NCBI RefSeq assembly: GCF_964194025.1
Contig: NC_134473.1
Span: 27,404,001-27,468,000 of the forward strand
DNA length: 64,000 bases
Direction: 5' to 3'
Source of the DNA: Convolutriloba macropyga
Lineage: Eukaryota
Below, piece after piece: positions 37,869 through 51,559 of this stretch. How positions within the stretch are numbered: position 1 is the first letter of the stretch; each line of letters starts with the position of its first letter. The position numbers were made by a program, and so were the translations under genes. The notes under the pieces are model-generated. The model saw nothing but the letters and a program-made list of their open reading frames with translations. It did no database searches and was not told where the DNA came from.

Positions 37869-40275
37869 CTAATTACTCGATAACTCTCTACGAACCACTG
37901 GGAAAGTCGCGAACTTTTTGGAGCTGAAACTTTTGATGGCGAGGCTTTTAGTTGTTACGGCTCTTGCAATTTCTAGCTCCTGGACAGACAACAGGTTAAT
38001 AGACTGTTTTTTTTCTATTTCATCTGAGTGAATCGGTATCTGATATGATTTGACCAAGTCAAGTATGCTGAATTTTTTTTTTGTCATTAATTTCAACCAT
38101 TGAAAGTTGAGGCATTGGATAATTATCTCTGACAGTTATGTAATTTAGAGATTGATAGTCACCGCAGGGACTCCAATCGCCTATTTCTTTCTTCGGCTCC
38201 ATATGCAAAGGTGACGAATAAGGACTCTTAGATGACTGTATTGTACCAAGTCGTTGCATTTCATCAAAGGCATTTTTGGCAATTTTTACTTTTCTGGAGT
38301 CAACTGTCTTAGTTTAGAGAAAACTTTGTTTCCCGGATGTTTCAATTATGTGGAATGTTCTGCTTCGGCATCAAAATCAACGTCACCAAAAACATCAGAA
38401 CATTTTTCCATGATTGCCCTTCTATCATTTTCAATTGACGAAAAGTCTTTGTACGGACTGATAAATGACTGTCTTCAACTGGTGGTAAGGAGTGTCTCGT
38501 AGAAAGACCTGTTATGTTGTCAGTTAAGAAGAGGTTATCACAATTAATTGTAATTTTGAATTCATTCAGGAAGTCTAAGCCAAGAATATTGTCTTTGACA
38601 TCTGCCAAAAAGAATGTGAATGGAAATGTTCTTCGCAAAGAAGGAATCGAAATTGATAATGGCATTCTGCCAAAAATTTTAATTGAATCTCCATTAACTG
38701 TTCTACGTTTTGTTACAGTAGGTGTTACGAAGTTTTTGTTAACAAAAGTTGGCATAAGTATTGATGTCATTGAGCCTGTGTCTGCTATGAAATCAATTGA
38801 ATTGTCTCCTAATTTAGCGGCTATATGAATGCAGAGGTTACCCGCAGAGGTTACCGCGCACAAACTAGGGGTTACTAGTTTGATGGATTTGCTAGAGTTT
38901 GCGCGAGATGTTTGCTCTATGTTTTTGGGCTTCTGTCGTGGCCGCTGACACCATGCTTTAAATTATTTTGCTTTCTCAGCAGAATAGAGATGATAGCAAC
39001 AAACTTTTGGTCTTTGACCTGCTGTGAAAGGTCTATGTATATTTTCGATTGATCTGTTCGACTGTTTTTGTTTACTGATTGGTTGTTTTGCGTTGAATGA
39101 GGATTGTACAATGGTCTTGTTGGCATCTGCTGTGTAGAGGCTGCAACTACGTTTGAAGTACTTGTGGCAACTACAGTGTTTGAGTAGCTATAAATTGTAT
39201 CGGCTTATTTTGCAAATTGTTCAACAGGAAGTTCTAGGTGGGCTGAGAGTGCCGTTTACACAGAAACTGGCATTACTTGCGTTAACCTGTGCTTTATGAC
39301 ATCTTCATCTAACGTCAATTTACATTCACCAAGCTTTCGTTGAATTCTCATCAAGCACAATGAAGTCTTTTGACCGTCCAATGCAATCATTCCCATGGCT
39401 TCTTCAACCATTTCTTGTTTTTGACTCCTGAACAATGCCGCAGGTATTATGTTTGATGTCTCTACAATTCGCTATGCCCAATGGAAGATTGATTGCAACG
39501 TCTTCAGGAATTGCAGCAAGTATGTGATGAAATTTTGTCTCATCATTTGTTATTCCGGCAGGGATAAATTGAGATTACATTTGACGGAACCATACTCCGG
39601 GAATTGACCTGTAGAAAACAGGAGGTTTTCACTGAAACTCCTCAACGTAGCCACCTGAAGCTAAATGTTGTTGAGCAAGCAACAATTTTGGATCGATCGC
39701 TCCAGCTAGAGTTTGGTATCCTGATGGAAATTTTCCCCCAAAACCTGAACCTAAAGGGTCACCTGAACTTGCACCTGTACCCGTCATACCAATACCTGTT
39801 ATTACCCCAACCTGTACCTACCAAACCCTGACCATTACCTACCAAACCCTGACCAGTGCCTACCGAAACCAAACCCGAATCTAACGTACCCAAACCCCCC
39901 AAACCTGTACCTACCGGGCTACCCCTCGAACCATCCATCACCGTAAAACCAGTAATGGGAAAAAATAACGGGGCCCCGGAAAAGAAACAAATTTAAGAAG
40001 TCGAGCAAAGGTAAAGTTCTCGAATTTTGTTGTAAAACTATTAAATTTCATTATCGTGAAGGAAAAAAATAGTTATTTAGCTTCCGTGTTAGGCGTATAT
40101 TAACAGTTAAGGATCACCATTGTAGGAGTGAGGAATCCTAACTTAATATTTGAATACGCCTTTCCCTTTAAAACAATAGATATATATTTTTAACTGTAAT
40201 GGAGGCATATATAGGGAAATCAACTGTAATAAAAAAGATAATCAACAAAGCTTATGAAGCTAAATCGTGGTTACA
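37869..40275 (-). mobile_element. Ty3/Gypsy relic, copy 3
   Basis: Protease ORF 38342-38863 (FIADTGS); RT fragments 37869-38259. Confidence 0.9.
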
Positions 40276-43200
40276 TAAAAATCATGAGTTCTATATTTCC
40301 GATTTCATTTTGAACGATTTGAGTTTTGTTTACATGACTATACTTGGTACCATGACCTCTAATTGCTCTTATATCCTGCAGAGTTGAGCGAACAATTTTA
40401 AGTTAATCGATCTCAACTACAATCTATTGTGTTTTGATCTTTCTCGAAAACTAACGGCTTTTGCTATATTTTTTGTAAATCGTCCTTCAAGAGTGTTTTT
40501 ATGCTCAAATTGTTGGATTTGAATCAAAAGGTTTTTCTTCACTGGTTTTTGTTTGTACGATTTTGATAATTATCTGACTGCTCTGTTTCTTGTTTTCTGT
40601 TTAAAATATTATGCCCATTGGTTAGTAGTGATCCGGAATTCTATCTTTTTCAGTTAGACAATTCGTTTTGTTGTCGATTTTGCCATTTTGATATTTTGGT
40701 TTTTTTCGTACCAAATCTTTCCGAAGTATTTTTCGCAAATTAGTTAGTGTGAAAACTGGATAGGCAGAATTATTGTTTTGATCTGTTCTAACGTTTCAAA
40801 GGAGAAAATTTTCTGTAGCCAAGTGCTATGTTATTGGATAGTAAAAAAAATAGTCACTTATTTCCTCGCCTCACTAGCGGACATTTGATCACCAAATACC
40901 CAGGATATTATATTTTCTGGGAGATTGTTTTGCAACGACGTTTTGAAGAATCAAATTGTTTTTGTACTCGTTAATGAAAACCACACAGCTTCACAGTCTG
41001 AACTCAAAATTTCAACCCCATCTTTCTTTCTGAACCTAAACGCCACCTATTCATTCTGCAAATATGCGGATATTTCTACTTTATCACCAATTTTTTTGAT
41101 TAACTTTTCTTCATTTCGTCAATTTGATAAGTTCTATCCTACTTATTACGCGCTAACGTGTGTCTGATTACATTTTAACGTTTGTCTGATTACATCTTAA
41201 CATTCGTTACTGAAAAACAACTTTTCTGCATGTCTTTATTCGATCTATATATCAATAACTTGTTTACCAACAAATTTTCTCAATCCAATTTTTTAGTTTG
41301 AATTTCCGACGGAGAGAATTTTTATTTCCTTAGAAGTAAAATATCCTAGCTGTTGATTTGAATGGTTTTGACGAGAATCATTTTTTCAAAAACAAGCTAT
41401 ATTTTCTCAAAAAACGTATTGAGAAGACTTTTACACAATGCGACTTTAGACAGCAAACACCGATTTTGTAGAAAACTACCGCAGAAAAATTAAAAGGGCA
41501 ACACAAACGACATTAGCAAAAATGAATTTTACGAAAGTCATGAAAATAAGTGACATCAAAGCCAGTGAAACAGGCTGCTGAAACTTGAACTCTTCAAAAT
41601 CTATTGCACTATCTGTAAAGATAAAGAATATATCAATTTGATTGGAAACAATTGTGGGGAGCATGCAACAAAAGCTGGACACAAACAAAAGTTCATAAGT
41701 AGCCGAAGTCAAATGGTGTCGAGGCCATTTCAATTAATGGTTTTAAGCCTAAGCCATTATATAGATCAAATCATGACTAATTGGAGAGCATCTAGCATCT
41801 ATCATTAATGAAACTTGACCACTGGACAACAAAATACAGTTACAAAACGGTCATAATCCAGAAAAACACGAATAGTTTGTGAAAACAGGTTGTCAAAGTG
41901 GTTAAAACTGTCAGCTTTCTTTTTAAAACACTAGATAAATTCAAACATTCCTAGTGAAAAAGCAACGAAAAACCATGATTAATGAGATTACGTGACAAAA
42001 CAACACAACAACTACTAAGGACAAAATCCGAAAAACAACTAATCTTTTTTGAAAGCAAGTGGTGTCAAGGTAGTGAAAACTGTTTGATGTGGAAACAACC
42101 TTCAACATGATCAAATTGGGATCCATAAGAGAGCCAACTAGAGTTGACATAAGGAGACTAAGTGATAGAAGAAAAGAATTATAAAAGATGAAAATTTCAA
42201 AAACTCGTTAATATTTGTTCAAAATGACTTAGTGTCAGTTTCGCTAAAAACCGTTATGTGCTCTTTGAGGGGTTAAGTAGTGCAACTATGCATCATTAAA
42301 ACATACATATTCCTATCATTAAGTGTGCATAGTGAAAATGAAAAAAAAACAAGTCATTTCCGCCTGTGAAAATAAATTTGCTCTTAAAGACTGGAAATCT
42401 CTTTAGACACCATTCTCTCACTTCATTTTGAAAAGCTCATCGAATACAAGCCACGACTTATAACTTCTTGATTTTCGCTCCGCTTACTAATTATTCCAGT
42501 GTGGCTAAAATCACTACTCCAATTTGACTTCTCATTGGCAAGAAAATGTCAAAAAAGTTTGAACATCTTTAAAAAAAATATAGCACATCAATACAGTTAA
42601 TTTTTTTTGAATTGTAAAAAGAGAGAGAGAGAGAGAGCAACCTTTTGAGCGAGCGAGAAAAGTAGATGTGAAAAAATTTCACTAATCGAGCGGAATTTTG
42701 TTGATCCGTGAATTTCGTGAAATTGCGGAATTTCGTGAAACGTGCGGCAGTTGCTTAGTTTTTTTTAACTCAGATTATTCAGTCACAGGTGTTTCTCTCA
42801 ATCATCTATACTAGTAATAGTGCGTTTGGAAGCATCTTTGACCATCTGAATAAAATCTTACCATTTTGGTGTCAATTTTTACCATTCTGCCGTATTTTAA
42901 GCCAACTTTAACTTTGGTTTGTTTTTGTTACAGAAAATCGATTGAATTTGGTCAAATTTTTGCCTAATTTTGACCGAGTTTTGTTTTTTCACAGATTTTT
43001 TAATTTTTAAACTGGTTACATTGTCTGTCAATTGGCAATGTTTTGCGATCTAATTTTTGTTTGTATTAGTCTTTTTAGAGTCGCAACTTAAAGTAAAATT
43101 TTTCAGATTCTGCTTCATTTTTTCCAGTTGGTTTTTTTTCAAACTGTAAACTATATTTTTTAGCCAAAGATGTTTGTTTCATCTTTTTCGGCTAGTAATA

Positions 43201-43616
43201 ATGTTTTGAAGTTTTTTAACGTCTAATGCAAATAATATAAATTTAGATGATCATTTGAGCTAATTTTGCCTTTTACCCAGTGCAACGCTTTTACCACTCT
43301 TTACGGTCTTCTTCAATTTTTGTTACCAATGGGGGTCTTTTTATTGTTCGGCTTAGTTTTCTAGTCTATTTTCTTATATAAAAATTTTTGATTTGTGTGC
43401 TTAAAATGGAAATATTTTAATTGAAATTTGGCTTACTTTCATCTGTGTGTTCAGGTTGTTGCATGTCTACTCCGGTTTGCGGTTTTCTGATAGAGTTTGA
43501 TGTTTGCTATTGTATCGACAGATGTCTGAGAAATTGTTTTGCCAATAGGTAACAATTCAATGTTTTTATAATATAATCTTACAAATTTGTAAGTTTTCAT
43601 TTTTTGAAAAAAAATG

Positions 43617-44275
43617 TGATTAGGATGTGTGTGATGGTGGTCTTGACTAGGTCATTTGATGAGCAGAGAAAAATTTCAGAAGGCTGTCGTAAAGTTACTG
43701 ATGGGAAGCATCATTTTGCATTTAGTAGGAAATCTTGTATAAGAAATTTTTTCTGTTTTAGGTTTTCTCCGTTTGTACTGTTTTTGCAGTTTTTTTTTCA
43801 ATTGGTATTTGAATAATAACTGTTTTTTCTGCATAGTTTTTGCTGAAAGTTTTCGGAGTCGCAACTTGACGAATTTTAGACAGATTCTTTGTTTTAGCAG
43901 CTTTTTTATTTCATAATTTGTTGGGACGTCTGTATTGATTAGGATGTCTGTGTTGATTCAAATTGTTGATTAGGATGTCTGTGATGGTGTTCTTGGTTAG
44001 GTTATTTAATCAACTGAGCAAAATTTTAGAAGGCTGTCGTAGAGTTACTGATGGGAAGCATCATTTTGCATTAAGTAGAAAATCTTGTAAACCAAATTTT
44101 GTCATTTTTCTAGGTTTTCTCCGTGTGTACCGCTTTGCTGTTTTTTTTTTCAATTGGTATTTGATTAATAACTGTTTTTCTGCATTTTTTGCTGATATAT
44201 TTTTTGGAGTTTATATTTTAAACTTTTATTCATGTTCTTTATGTTTTAGCAGATTTGTTTTTCACAATTGACTGG
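43617..44275 (+). repeat. Diverged ~350-bp tandem duplication
   Basis: TGATTAGGATGT.TGTGATGGTG and AGAAGGCTGTCGTA.AGTTACTGATGGGAAGCATCATTTTGCATT recur, with units starting at 43617 and 43967. Confidence 0.8.
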
Positions 44276-45383
44276 GGTCTAAGTAAATAGCTACTTTGAT
44301 GCCGTTCCGTAGCCTGCCGTCTATGTTTTTTTTTCAAGATCGGTTCACTTTTTTTCGGCTTTTTCGCGTCAGTGAGAAGTAAATTTATAGAGTGCTTGTT
44401 TTAATCACTTTGGAGAAGCGAAGGAAGCGAAATGCGGGTAGGTTAGGTTCCAAGGGTGATTTTCTCCAAGTACATTTGAAGTGGAGTGAGAAATTGGTAT
44501 TTGAATAAATGTGTTTTTGAAAGCAAAATTTTTTTTCCGTGCGGCAATCTGACTTTTGTTTTAGAGTTTTTCTCTGGACTGCTATTTATAAAATACACAT
44601 GTGTTCTAATTATGCCTATTTGCAGTTGGTTGATTTCATTGACTGGCATCTAATAATTTTTTTACTTTGACAATTTTTTTCATAAAATATTATTGAAAAA
44701 TTGATGTTTCCCCCTTTTTATGATTATACTTTTGTCTTATCACCTAGTATCCTTTATGGCCGAATCATATGTTCCTGATGCGACATAAATGGACCTTTTT
44801 AAATTTTTGAATTATGTTCAGTGTTCATGACTTTTAAACTATTTGTTCTGGAAGTTTTTTAAATGTTTTTTTTGGGTTTTTTAGAGTATTTTTGTATTGT
44901 TCGTTGTCCTCTCATTTAGTCTCATTAGGGACAGGTCTTTTAGGTTGCCAACATGAACAGTTTTAATTGATTTAATTGTTTCTGTTCAAAGCTAATTCTT
45001 TCTGTGAGTTGACTTTCCTTGTTTTCAAGAAATTTTGTTCTTGATTCCCACCAGATTGTATTATGTACTAATTCTAAGGAAACGTAGTCTGTTTTTTCAT
45101 AAACTTCTGGTTTAGAACATTGACTTCTGCTTTCGAATATTGGACTTTGACAGTAGCTTTGTTACCATTGCATATTAATTAGGAACTGCTCGTAATGCTC
45201 AATGTCAAGGGATTTTTGAACAGTGTTCTTCCCATAACAGTCACTCCCTGTCCAAAATACGGACACTTCACATCCTTCCCCCACCTCACCATACCCCCGC
45301 CACCTCAGCAGTCCCTCAACTACTCCGTAATCCCCGCCTATCGCCCCCTCCTCACTAACCAACATGTAACTCCTAATATTTTA

Positions 45384-45546
45384 GGATCTTTTCCGTTTGT
45401 GTCTCTCAGTATGTGCAACCCTCGCAGTTACAGAGCACGTGTCAGTACATATAGAATCATTGTTTAAGTATGGAACGTGCGTCTGGGGAGGCGCACATAA
45501 TATGCAGCCACTAAGCTGGGGGGGGGGGGCAAAATGGAAAGGATCC
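45384..45546. mobile_element. MITE of the GGATC...GATCC family
   Basis: GGATCTTTTCCGTTTGTG...GGGGGCAAAATGGAAAGGATCC; interior CAGTTACAGAGCACGTG shared with the 59513 copy. Confidence 0.8.
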
Positions 45547-45577
45547 TCGTTTTATTAAGGAGTTTTTTTTCTTTTTC

Positions 45578-45730
45578 GGACTTCTTCCGTTTGTTCCCCC
45601 CATTACTTTATACAACCTCCAGGTACAGAGCACGTGTCTTTACATAGTAAATCATTATGTAAAAATATAGCTTGTGCGTCGGGGGGGGGGGGTGCAAATA
45701 ATATGCAATCACTAATCTGGGGAGGGCACA
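45578..45730. mobile_element. Second MITE copy running into the assembly gap
   Basis: GGACTTCTTCCGTTTGTTCCCCC...ACAGAGCACGTG...GGTGCAAATAATATG. Confidence 0.75.
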
Positions 45731-45865
45731 NNNNNNNNNNNNNNNNNNNNNNNNNNNNNNNNNNNNNNNNNNNNNNNNNNNNNNNNNNNNNNNNNNNNNN
45801 NNNNNNNNNNNNNNNNNNNNNNNNNNNNNNNNNNNNNNNNNNNNNNNNNNNNNNNNNNNNNNNNN
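45731..45865. other. Assembly gap
   Basis: Run of N. Confidence 1.
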
Positions 45866-46026
45866 TTATATAGTGCTATATAGTTCTTATATAGGTGAGG
45901 TAAATTTATAGATCATGATTGAACTTTTCGAGTCGTTTCCGATATTCTACCAGCTATATTTTTTGCAATTTTTAGCTTGAGCGATATTTGGTCTGGCCTA
46001 TTTGACTTTTTGTCCTCCAAAACGGG

Positions 46027-46320
46027 ATAAACAGGTGGCGCCCAAAGGGCATTAAGGTCTCTTAGAGCCTTTTAGTTCACTAGTCTCCAAGTATGCTATT
46101 CACAGAAACTTTTGGCGAAGTATACTCATGGTCTCATGGTGAGAAGGGCGGTTCTTAGATTTTGACTTCCCGTGGCCCCGTGTAGCCGAAGCCCCCATCC
46201 CGCCCGTTGCCCCCTTCCATCAATTCCCGAACCCTCCCCCCCCCCCCCCGTCTGCGCTCACCTCACGTCCCTTCATTAAGCTAAAGCTAGCCTCATTAAA
46301 CCGTAGCTAGCTACCGACTG
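46027..46320 (+). mobile_element. Repeat family B copy just upstream of the RSRC1 acceptor
   Basis: Colinear with 2288-2535, including ATTAAGCTAAAGCTAGCCTCA. Confidence 0.75.
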
Positions 46321-46366
46321 CACTGTATAAAAGCATTAAACGTGCGTGTTTTAGTTTCAGACGTAA

Positions 46367-46614
46367 ATGGGTAGAAGGAGAACCTCTTCATCGAGCCGAA
46401 GCAGGTCTAGGTCTGCCTCTAGAGACCGTCACAGAAAGAGAGACTCAAAGCAGGACAGCAGAAGCAAACGGAAGAGGTCTCGTAGTCGCAATAAAGGAAA
46501 GAAGCACGATTCTCATTCTAGTAAGCACAAGAAAGATAACCGAAGACGCAGAAGTCGTTCTAGGCGCAGAAGCACTAGTCACTCGAGTGATGATAGACAC
46601 AAATCACGGTCTAG
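46367..46614 (+). CDS. RSRC1: Arginine/serine-rich protein (RSRC1/SRrp53-like) exon 1
   Basis: MGRRRTSSSSRSRSRS RS domain; donor AG|GTAAAG, phase 2. Confidence 0.8.
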
Positions 46615-47540
46615 GTAAAGTTTGCTGATGCTTTAACTGTATACCTGAATGGAAGTGATTTTGTTGTTTTAGAAGTTTTTCTTACTCAGGCCTTTGACAT
46701 GAAACTAAGAAATGATCAACGTGAGATGATATCAGCGAATTGTTTTGCGGAAGCTAATAAAGGTTTTGTATTGATAATCCCACTTCATCGGCAATGTAAT
46801 AATTCAAATGGTCATCTCTTCATTGTTTAGCCATTATTATTTGGATTTTCATTTTTGTCTCACTTTGTTACTTTTTTTTGTGTATTAATAGCCGCGATGG
46901 CTGACTTTATTGAATATTGGCCTTCTCTTAGATTTTGCGACACAAGATGCACAATTTTTGCTGCGCAAAATATTTTTTGTTCATGCGCTGCGTTGTGCAA
47001 ATGACTTCTTGATTTTGAATAGTTTTTTTTGAAGCTTGGTGCCGTTTTGTGGATAATTGTTTTTCGCCGATTTGGCTCAATTTTTTTAAGTTATAAAATA
47101 AATTTGTTTTCAAGTAAGTTGGTTTTGCTGTACAAATCAGGCCGTATATAGAACCGTCACTTACTTGATAGGTCATCAAAAGGTCCGATGATCCTAGTGA
47201 AGTGATGCCAGTAGCAGTACTAAGAAACTTTAAAAAAAGATAGTCAAATGCTTAGGGTGCAAGGGAGTAAAACAATGGTCACCTTAATACCTTAATCAAA
47301 CCTATTGTTTTTGATTCCTAGCATAATTGTCTTTAAAGCTATACTGATAATGTTTCGATTCGTGTTTACTCAAAATATGTACGTCTGAAATGAAATGGTG
47401 GATAAATTTCAAGATAAAGCTCAACAATTTTTTTAAATTAGTACTCCAAGTAGTTTAGGGTTACATCCACTAACCACATTTGTGGTCGTCAACTTTTCCA
47501 CGTTTTTTGGCTTAATTGAGTTAATTTCTCTTTCTGTTAT

Positions 47541-48087
47541 TATTAGCTGCGAAGCGATAGCGGCTATTATTGGGGACATCGTCTTTTTTTTAATTCGTCG
47601 TCTCCATCGATGATTCTTACGACCTGAATTCTTGGAATTGACTTTTTCAATGACTTTAGTGACCTCTACATCGTTGCAGTTAAAATTTTTGTGACGTCAT
47701 TTCTGCTAATAGGTCAATTGCGTGACTTACCTAACTCAAAAAATTGACTTCTGAGCTTACTTATGGAACTTCAATTTTTATGAAATTTTACTTGTTAAAG
47801 ATCAATAGTTTGCATCTAAGTAGTGCATATATGCCCTAGTTCTTGAGTATTGGTCTTGAGTTTTTGATTTCAAATATCAATTTTGTAAAAGCTCTTTTAG
47901 GTTTTTTCATTATAGAACGTATGTGTCATAAATTTAACAGCCCGCGCGCGAATCTAACCCAAAAAGTCCAGTGGTCTGTTAAAGGGCTGGTGGTCGATCT
48001 TGGTCTCTTATTTCTTTAGTTGTTTCAATTCATGGAAGGCCACAAGCATCTATTTCGTCTATTTTCCGGCAATCTGACGGCTATGTT
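47541..48087 (+). mobile_element. HINE subfamily-2 copy (~0.55 kb)
   Basis: 5' TATTAGCTGCGAAGCGATAGCGGCTATTATTGGGGACATC; 3' GGAAGGCCACAAGC...CCGGCAATCTGACGGCTATGTT. Confidence 0.75.
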
Positions 48088-48099
48088 AAGATATTTTAG

Positions 48100-49800
48100 A
48101 CTACCTATTTTGTATTCCGATCTAAGTACCTGTGTTAATTTTTAACCAATTTAAAAATGCGCAAATCTTTGATCGAAGGGAACTTTTACTTTTCTCGTTT
48201 TTGCAATGTTCATTCCGTTTTCTTTTAGTGAAGTTGATTCTAGCTATTTGTTTTCTTTCTAACGGGTGAAGTGTTTTCTTGCTACTAGTTTCATATACTA
48301 AAACGCCAAAGCTTAGTTGGGTTTTTGTAAACTTAAAGTTATAATAAGGTTATAAGCTGTGCAGTTGTTAAAATTCGTTTCAACTTCTAAATCAAACCTG
48401 AACCTTTACAGTTTCTACCATATTTTTGAAATATGCCGATTAAAATTAGTTATTCATCAATTCGTATTCCAGTGTACGGTAGGGACGTTTTCTGACTGAT
48501 CGCTCCGTTTTTCATTTTTAACTCTGATCGAAATTTTTCCATTTGCTTTCAATTTCTTTAGGTGCTTTATTTGTAAATTGGTGGCCAGTTATTTTTGCAA
48601 GAGTTAGTCGACAACAGATTCTAGTGGCCTGGTAAATTGTTTTGGCGTGAATACACATTTTGCTTGTTAAGGTCGTCATCAGCGAACAATGCAGCTCTTG
48701 AGTAACTGCAAAAGTCCAGAATATCGTTTATATAAGCTAGAAAGTGAAGGGGTCCTAGCAGAAAGTGAAGTGGTCTTAGCCTGCGGCACTCCATATCCTA
48801 TTAGTTAGAGTTCCTACCTGACTTCTACTGATCTCACATTTTATTGTCTGTCTTTCAAATAGTATTTCGGTAAACTTTGTTCAGGTCCTCTTATACCTAA
48901 GTTTTCTAGCTTTTCGAGAGCAAATTTCGTTCAATTTTGTCAAATGCTTTATTCAGATTTATGAAGACAGCTCTTTTGTTGAATCCAATTTCCCAGTTTT
49001 TTTCTGATAGCATCGACAAACTTTACCAATTCTTCAGTTGTCCCTTTCTTGGGTCGAAAACCAAATTTATTTTTATTGAGCAAATGAAATTTATTGAGGA
49101 ATGTGTGGTCATTCGTTTACAGACGACCCTCTCTATGGTTTCGACAATCGTTGGTAATAAACTGATTGGCCTGTACTTCTCTGCTTTGTCAGCATTTCCG
49201 CCCCTTTGTTTTGAAATACAACTGATGTTTGAAACATTTTGCGAAATTTGCAAGAGTGTTTTGTCAGTACTCATTTTGGAAATTTTGTCCTTAACACCTG
49301 ACCCATTTTTCGTTTTTGGTCAAAGTTTCAAATGCATTGCGGGAAAATCTGAAAACCGTGCAAAAATAGTTAAGGTGGAAAATGAAGAATTTGTTTGGTT
49401 GAGATATGTTTTTGGTGAATTTAAGTTTTTGAGTGATACCTTACTAATGTTATTGGGTCTTTAAATTTTGTCGCTGTTTGAAATTTTTCCCTTGTGAAAT
49501 CTGTTTTTTGGCGTTTTATGACGATTTTTTTTTAAAGTCTTTCTCATCGGTTTGCTCGGTTTATTAGAATAAGCTTATTCACTTATTTTGGCGTAGTTTT
49601 GTCTTGTCGATAATTCTATTTTTAGGAGCTATTTGCTTCAGAATTATTGAGAATTCTTCTGACCCGAGAATTATCGATCGGAGGAAAATATGGGATGTAT
49701 CATTTGATGGATCTGACAGCATAGAATGCTTCCGCAAGAAGGATTTCTGAAAGTGCATTTTTTGGGACAACTAGGTTAGGCAAAACGATATTCTCATGAT
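48100..49800 (-). mobile_element. Decayed non-LTR retrotransposon RT region (CR1/L2-like); ends approximate
   Basis: Minus-strand motifs YRPISLLP, VFINLNKAFD, GIRG, GVPQ, LGPLHFLAYINDI, LFADD; stops and frameshifts. Confidence 0.85.
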
Positions 49801-50560
49801 TTCAACAGAAAAAGATTTAGTTTCCAAAATAATTGGCTGCGTTATGATAATAATAATAACAGCTTCCCATTTACTAGATTAGATTAGATATTTATGAAAC
49901 CTGGTCGACTGGTAAAACACGAGGCAAGTAAGGTACTTGCAACTACATCTACACCTTTTTTTCCCGATGAAATTGAAGGCCTTTGCAATTCGACTGGATT
50001 TCAAATGTGGTTGTAACCTAGGTAGAATTTTACAAGATCAGAAAAATTTTTAAGATTTCAAATTTCGTCTCCTTAATGGTAATTCTAGATGTTCAAAGAG
50101 CGCATGTTTTATAATTCTTTACAGTGGCTAATAATGAGGGGTTTCAAACTACAGCTACGGAACTTAACGACTTTGAAACAACTTACTTTTTACAAAAGTT
50201 TTGCGAACTTTCAAGTTTTACCCTGCTTTCTGCTGTATTTGTTTTCTTTTCATAAGTTAATTGATGCTTCGAAAGCCATATAGTAAGAATATCAAACGGT
50301 TTGTTTTTTATGATTGTTATGAAGTTGCCGTTGGTAGATGTCAGTTTTGATTACTTGGCAACTGCTTATTTTCGATAAAATAATTGAACTTCTTAATTTA
50401 AACACATGGTCACTTATTGAGGGTTTTTCAATACCTTGTCATTTCATGGTTAAATGGATAGAGATATAGTTCACTTGCACGTTTTGTTTTGGCTGGTAAA
50501 ATCAAGGTTTGAGGTGTTCGAAGAATTGATTGAAAATTTATTGAATCATCATCTCTTCAG

Positions 50561-51023
50561 GCGTTCATCAGTCTCCAAAAGGTCTTCCAAGACTGAGAGC
50601 AGAACAACTAGTCCTAAAATTTCAGCGTCAGAAAAGCTGAAACAAGATGTCATTTCGATTTTGAAGAAGAAGGAACCAAAAGAAGACTCTGATGTGGAAG
50701 AGGTCAAGCCATCTGTTGCTGCGCTCGATAACATCAACTCGGATACGTTTAAACAGCGTCAGTTTAAGTCAACAGCTAACAAGCAGAGCAAAAGCTACAA
50801 TAGTACGTCCAACATTGCCTCCAGAGGGCTATCGGCTCTTAATCCAACTTTGGCTGCTTTAAACTCGAATAGATACCGTAAACAGAAGGATCTCCAGGAA
50901 TTGTCAATTTTCAATGATAAATTTTTTATGGATGAAGATGAGAAGATAGCGAATTGGATGAAAAAATTGACAGAGTACAGAAGTGCATTTGTGAAGCTGA
51001 GAAAGCCGGTTGTTGATGCATGA
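50561..51023 (+). CDS. RSRC1: RSRC1-like exon 2 (terminal); spliced protein 236 aa
   Basis: ctcttcag|G CGT fits phase 2; INSDTFKQRQFKS and SIFNDKFFMDEDEKIANWMKKL resemble the RSRC1 C-terminal motifs as recalled. Confidence 0.78.
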
Positions 51024-51559
51024 TTTTCTTTTGTTGCTTTGATGTTGGTTTAGACGTTGTTTATTATTTCCATTATTTTTATACTGGCCAGTTTAATAGA
51101 CTATCCTTTCTCCAGAGGTATTTTTTCATAGGAGTGTAGAAATAATTTTAACACTGAACATGTCACCTTGGTTTAAATCATTTTAGCTTAATAGATAATT
51201 TAGATTATTATAAATTTTTAGATTAATATAAATTAAATGTAAGTTAAAAGTTGCTTTGAGTCACGGAGTTGACTGCGATTTTGGAATCAGTTAGTATAAT
51301 CATTTCGATAGTGTGTTTCAAGGAACTAGAACCAATGTGTCCGTGCAAAGGTACTGCTTTGTCTTGCCTTATAGTAAAGGGTTAGTTATTTTAAAGTTTA
51401 AATAAGATAACTAAGCTATTAGTTATGACTGTTTGTATTTCACAGAAAACTTTAGAGAGACACTTCAGCTAACATCCCTTGCCTTTGTAGCAAATTGAGT
51501 AGTTTCTCTCATTTTCTCGACAAATTTATTTGATTATATTGCTTAAAATTGACCGAGGT

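Larger units (their letters stand above)
35625..43268 (+). repeat. Tandem segmental repeat unit 3 (7644 bp)
   Basis: Ends GAGCTAATTTTG|CCTTTTACCC into non-duplicated sequence. Confidence 0.95.

Noticed and set aside
19277-43268. Triplication as a pure assembly artefact
   Set aside because: Three distinct versions with private indels and an identical novel junction are hard to get from two haplotypes; read-level confirmation is still needed
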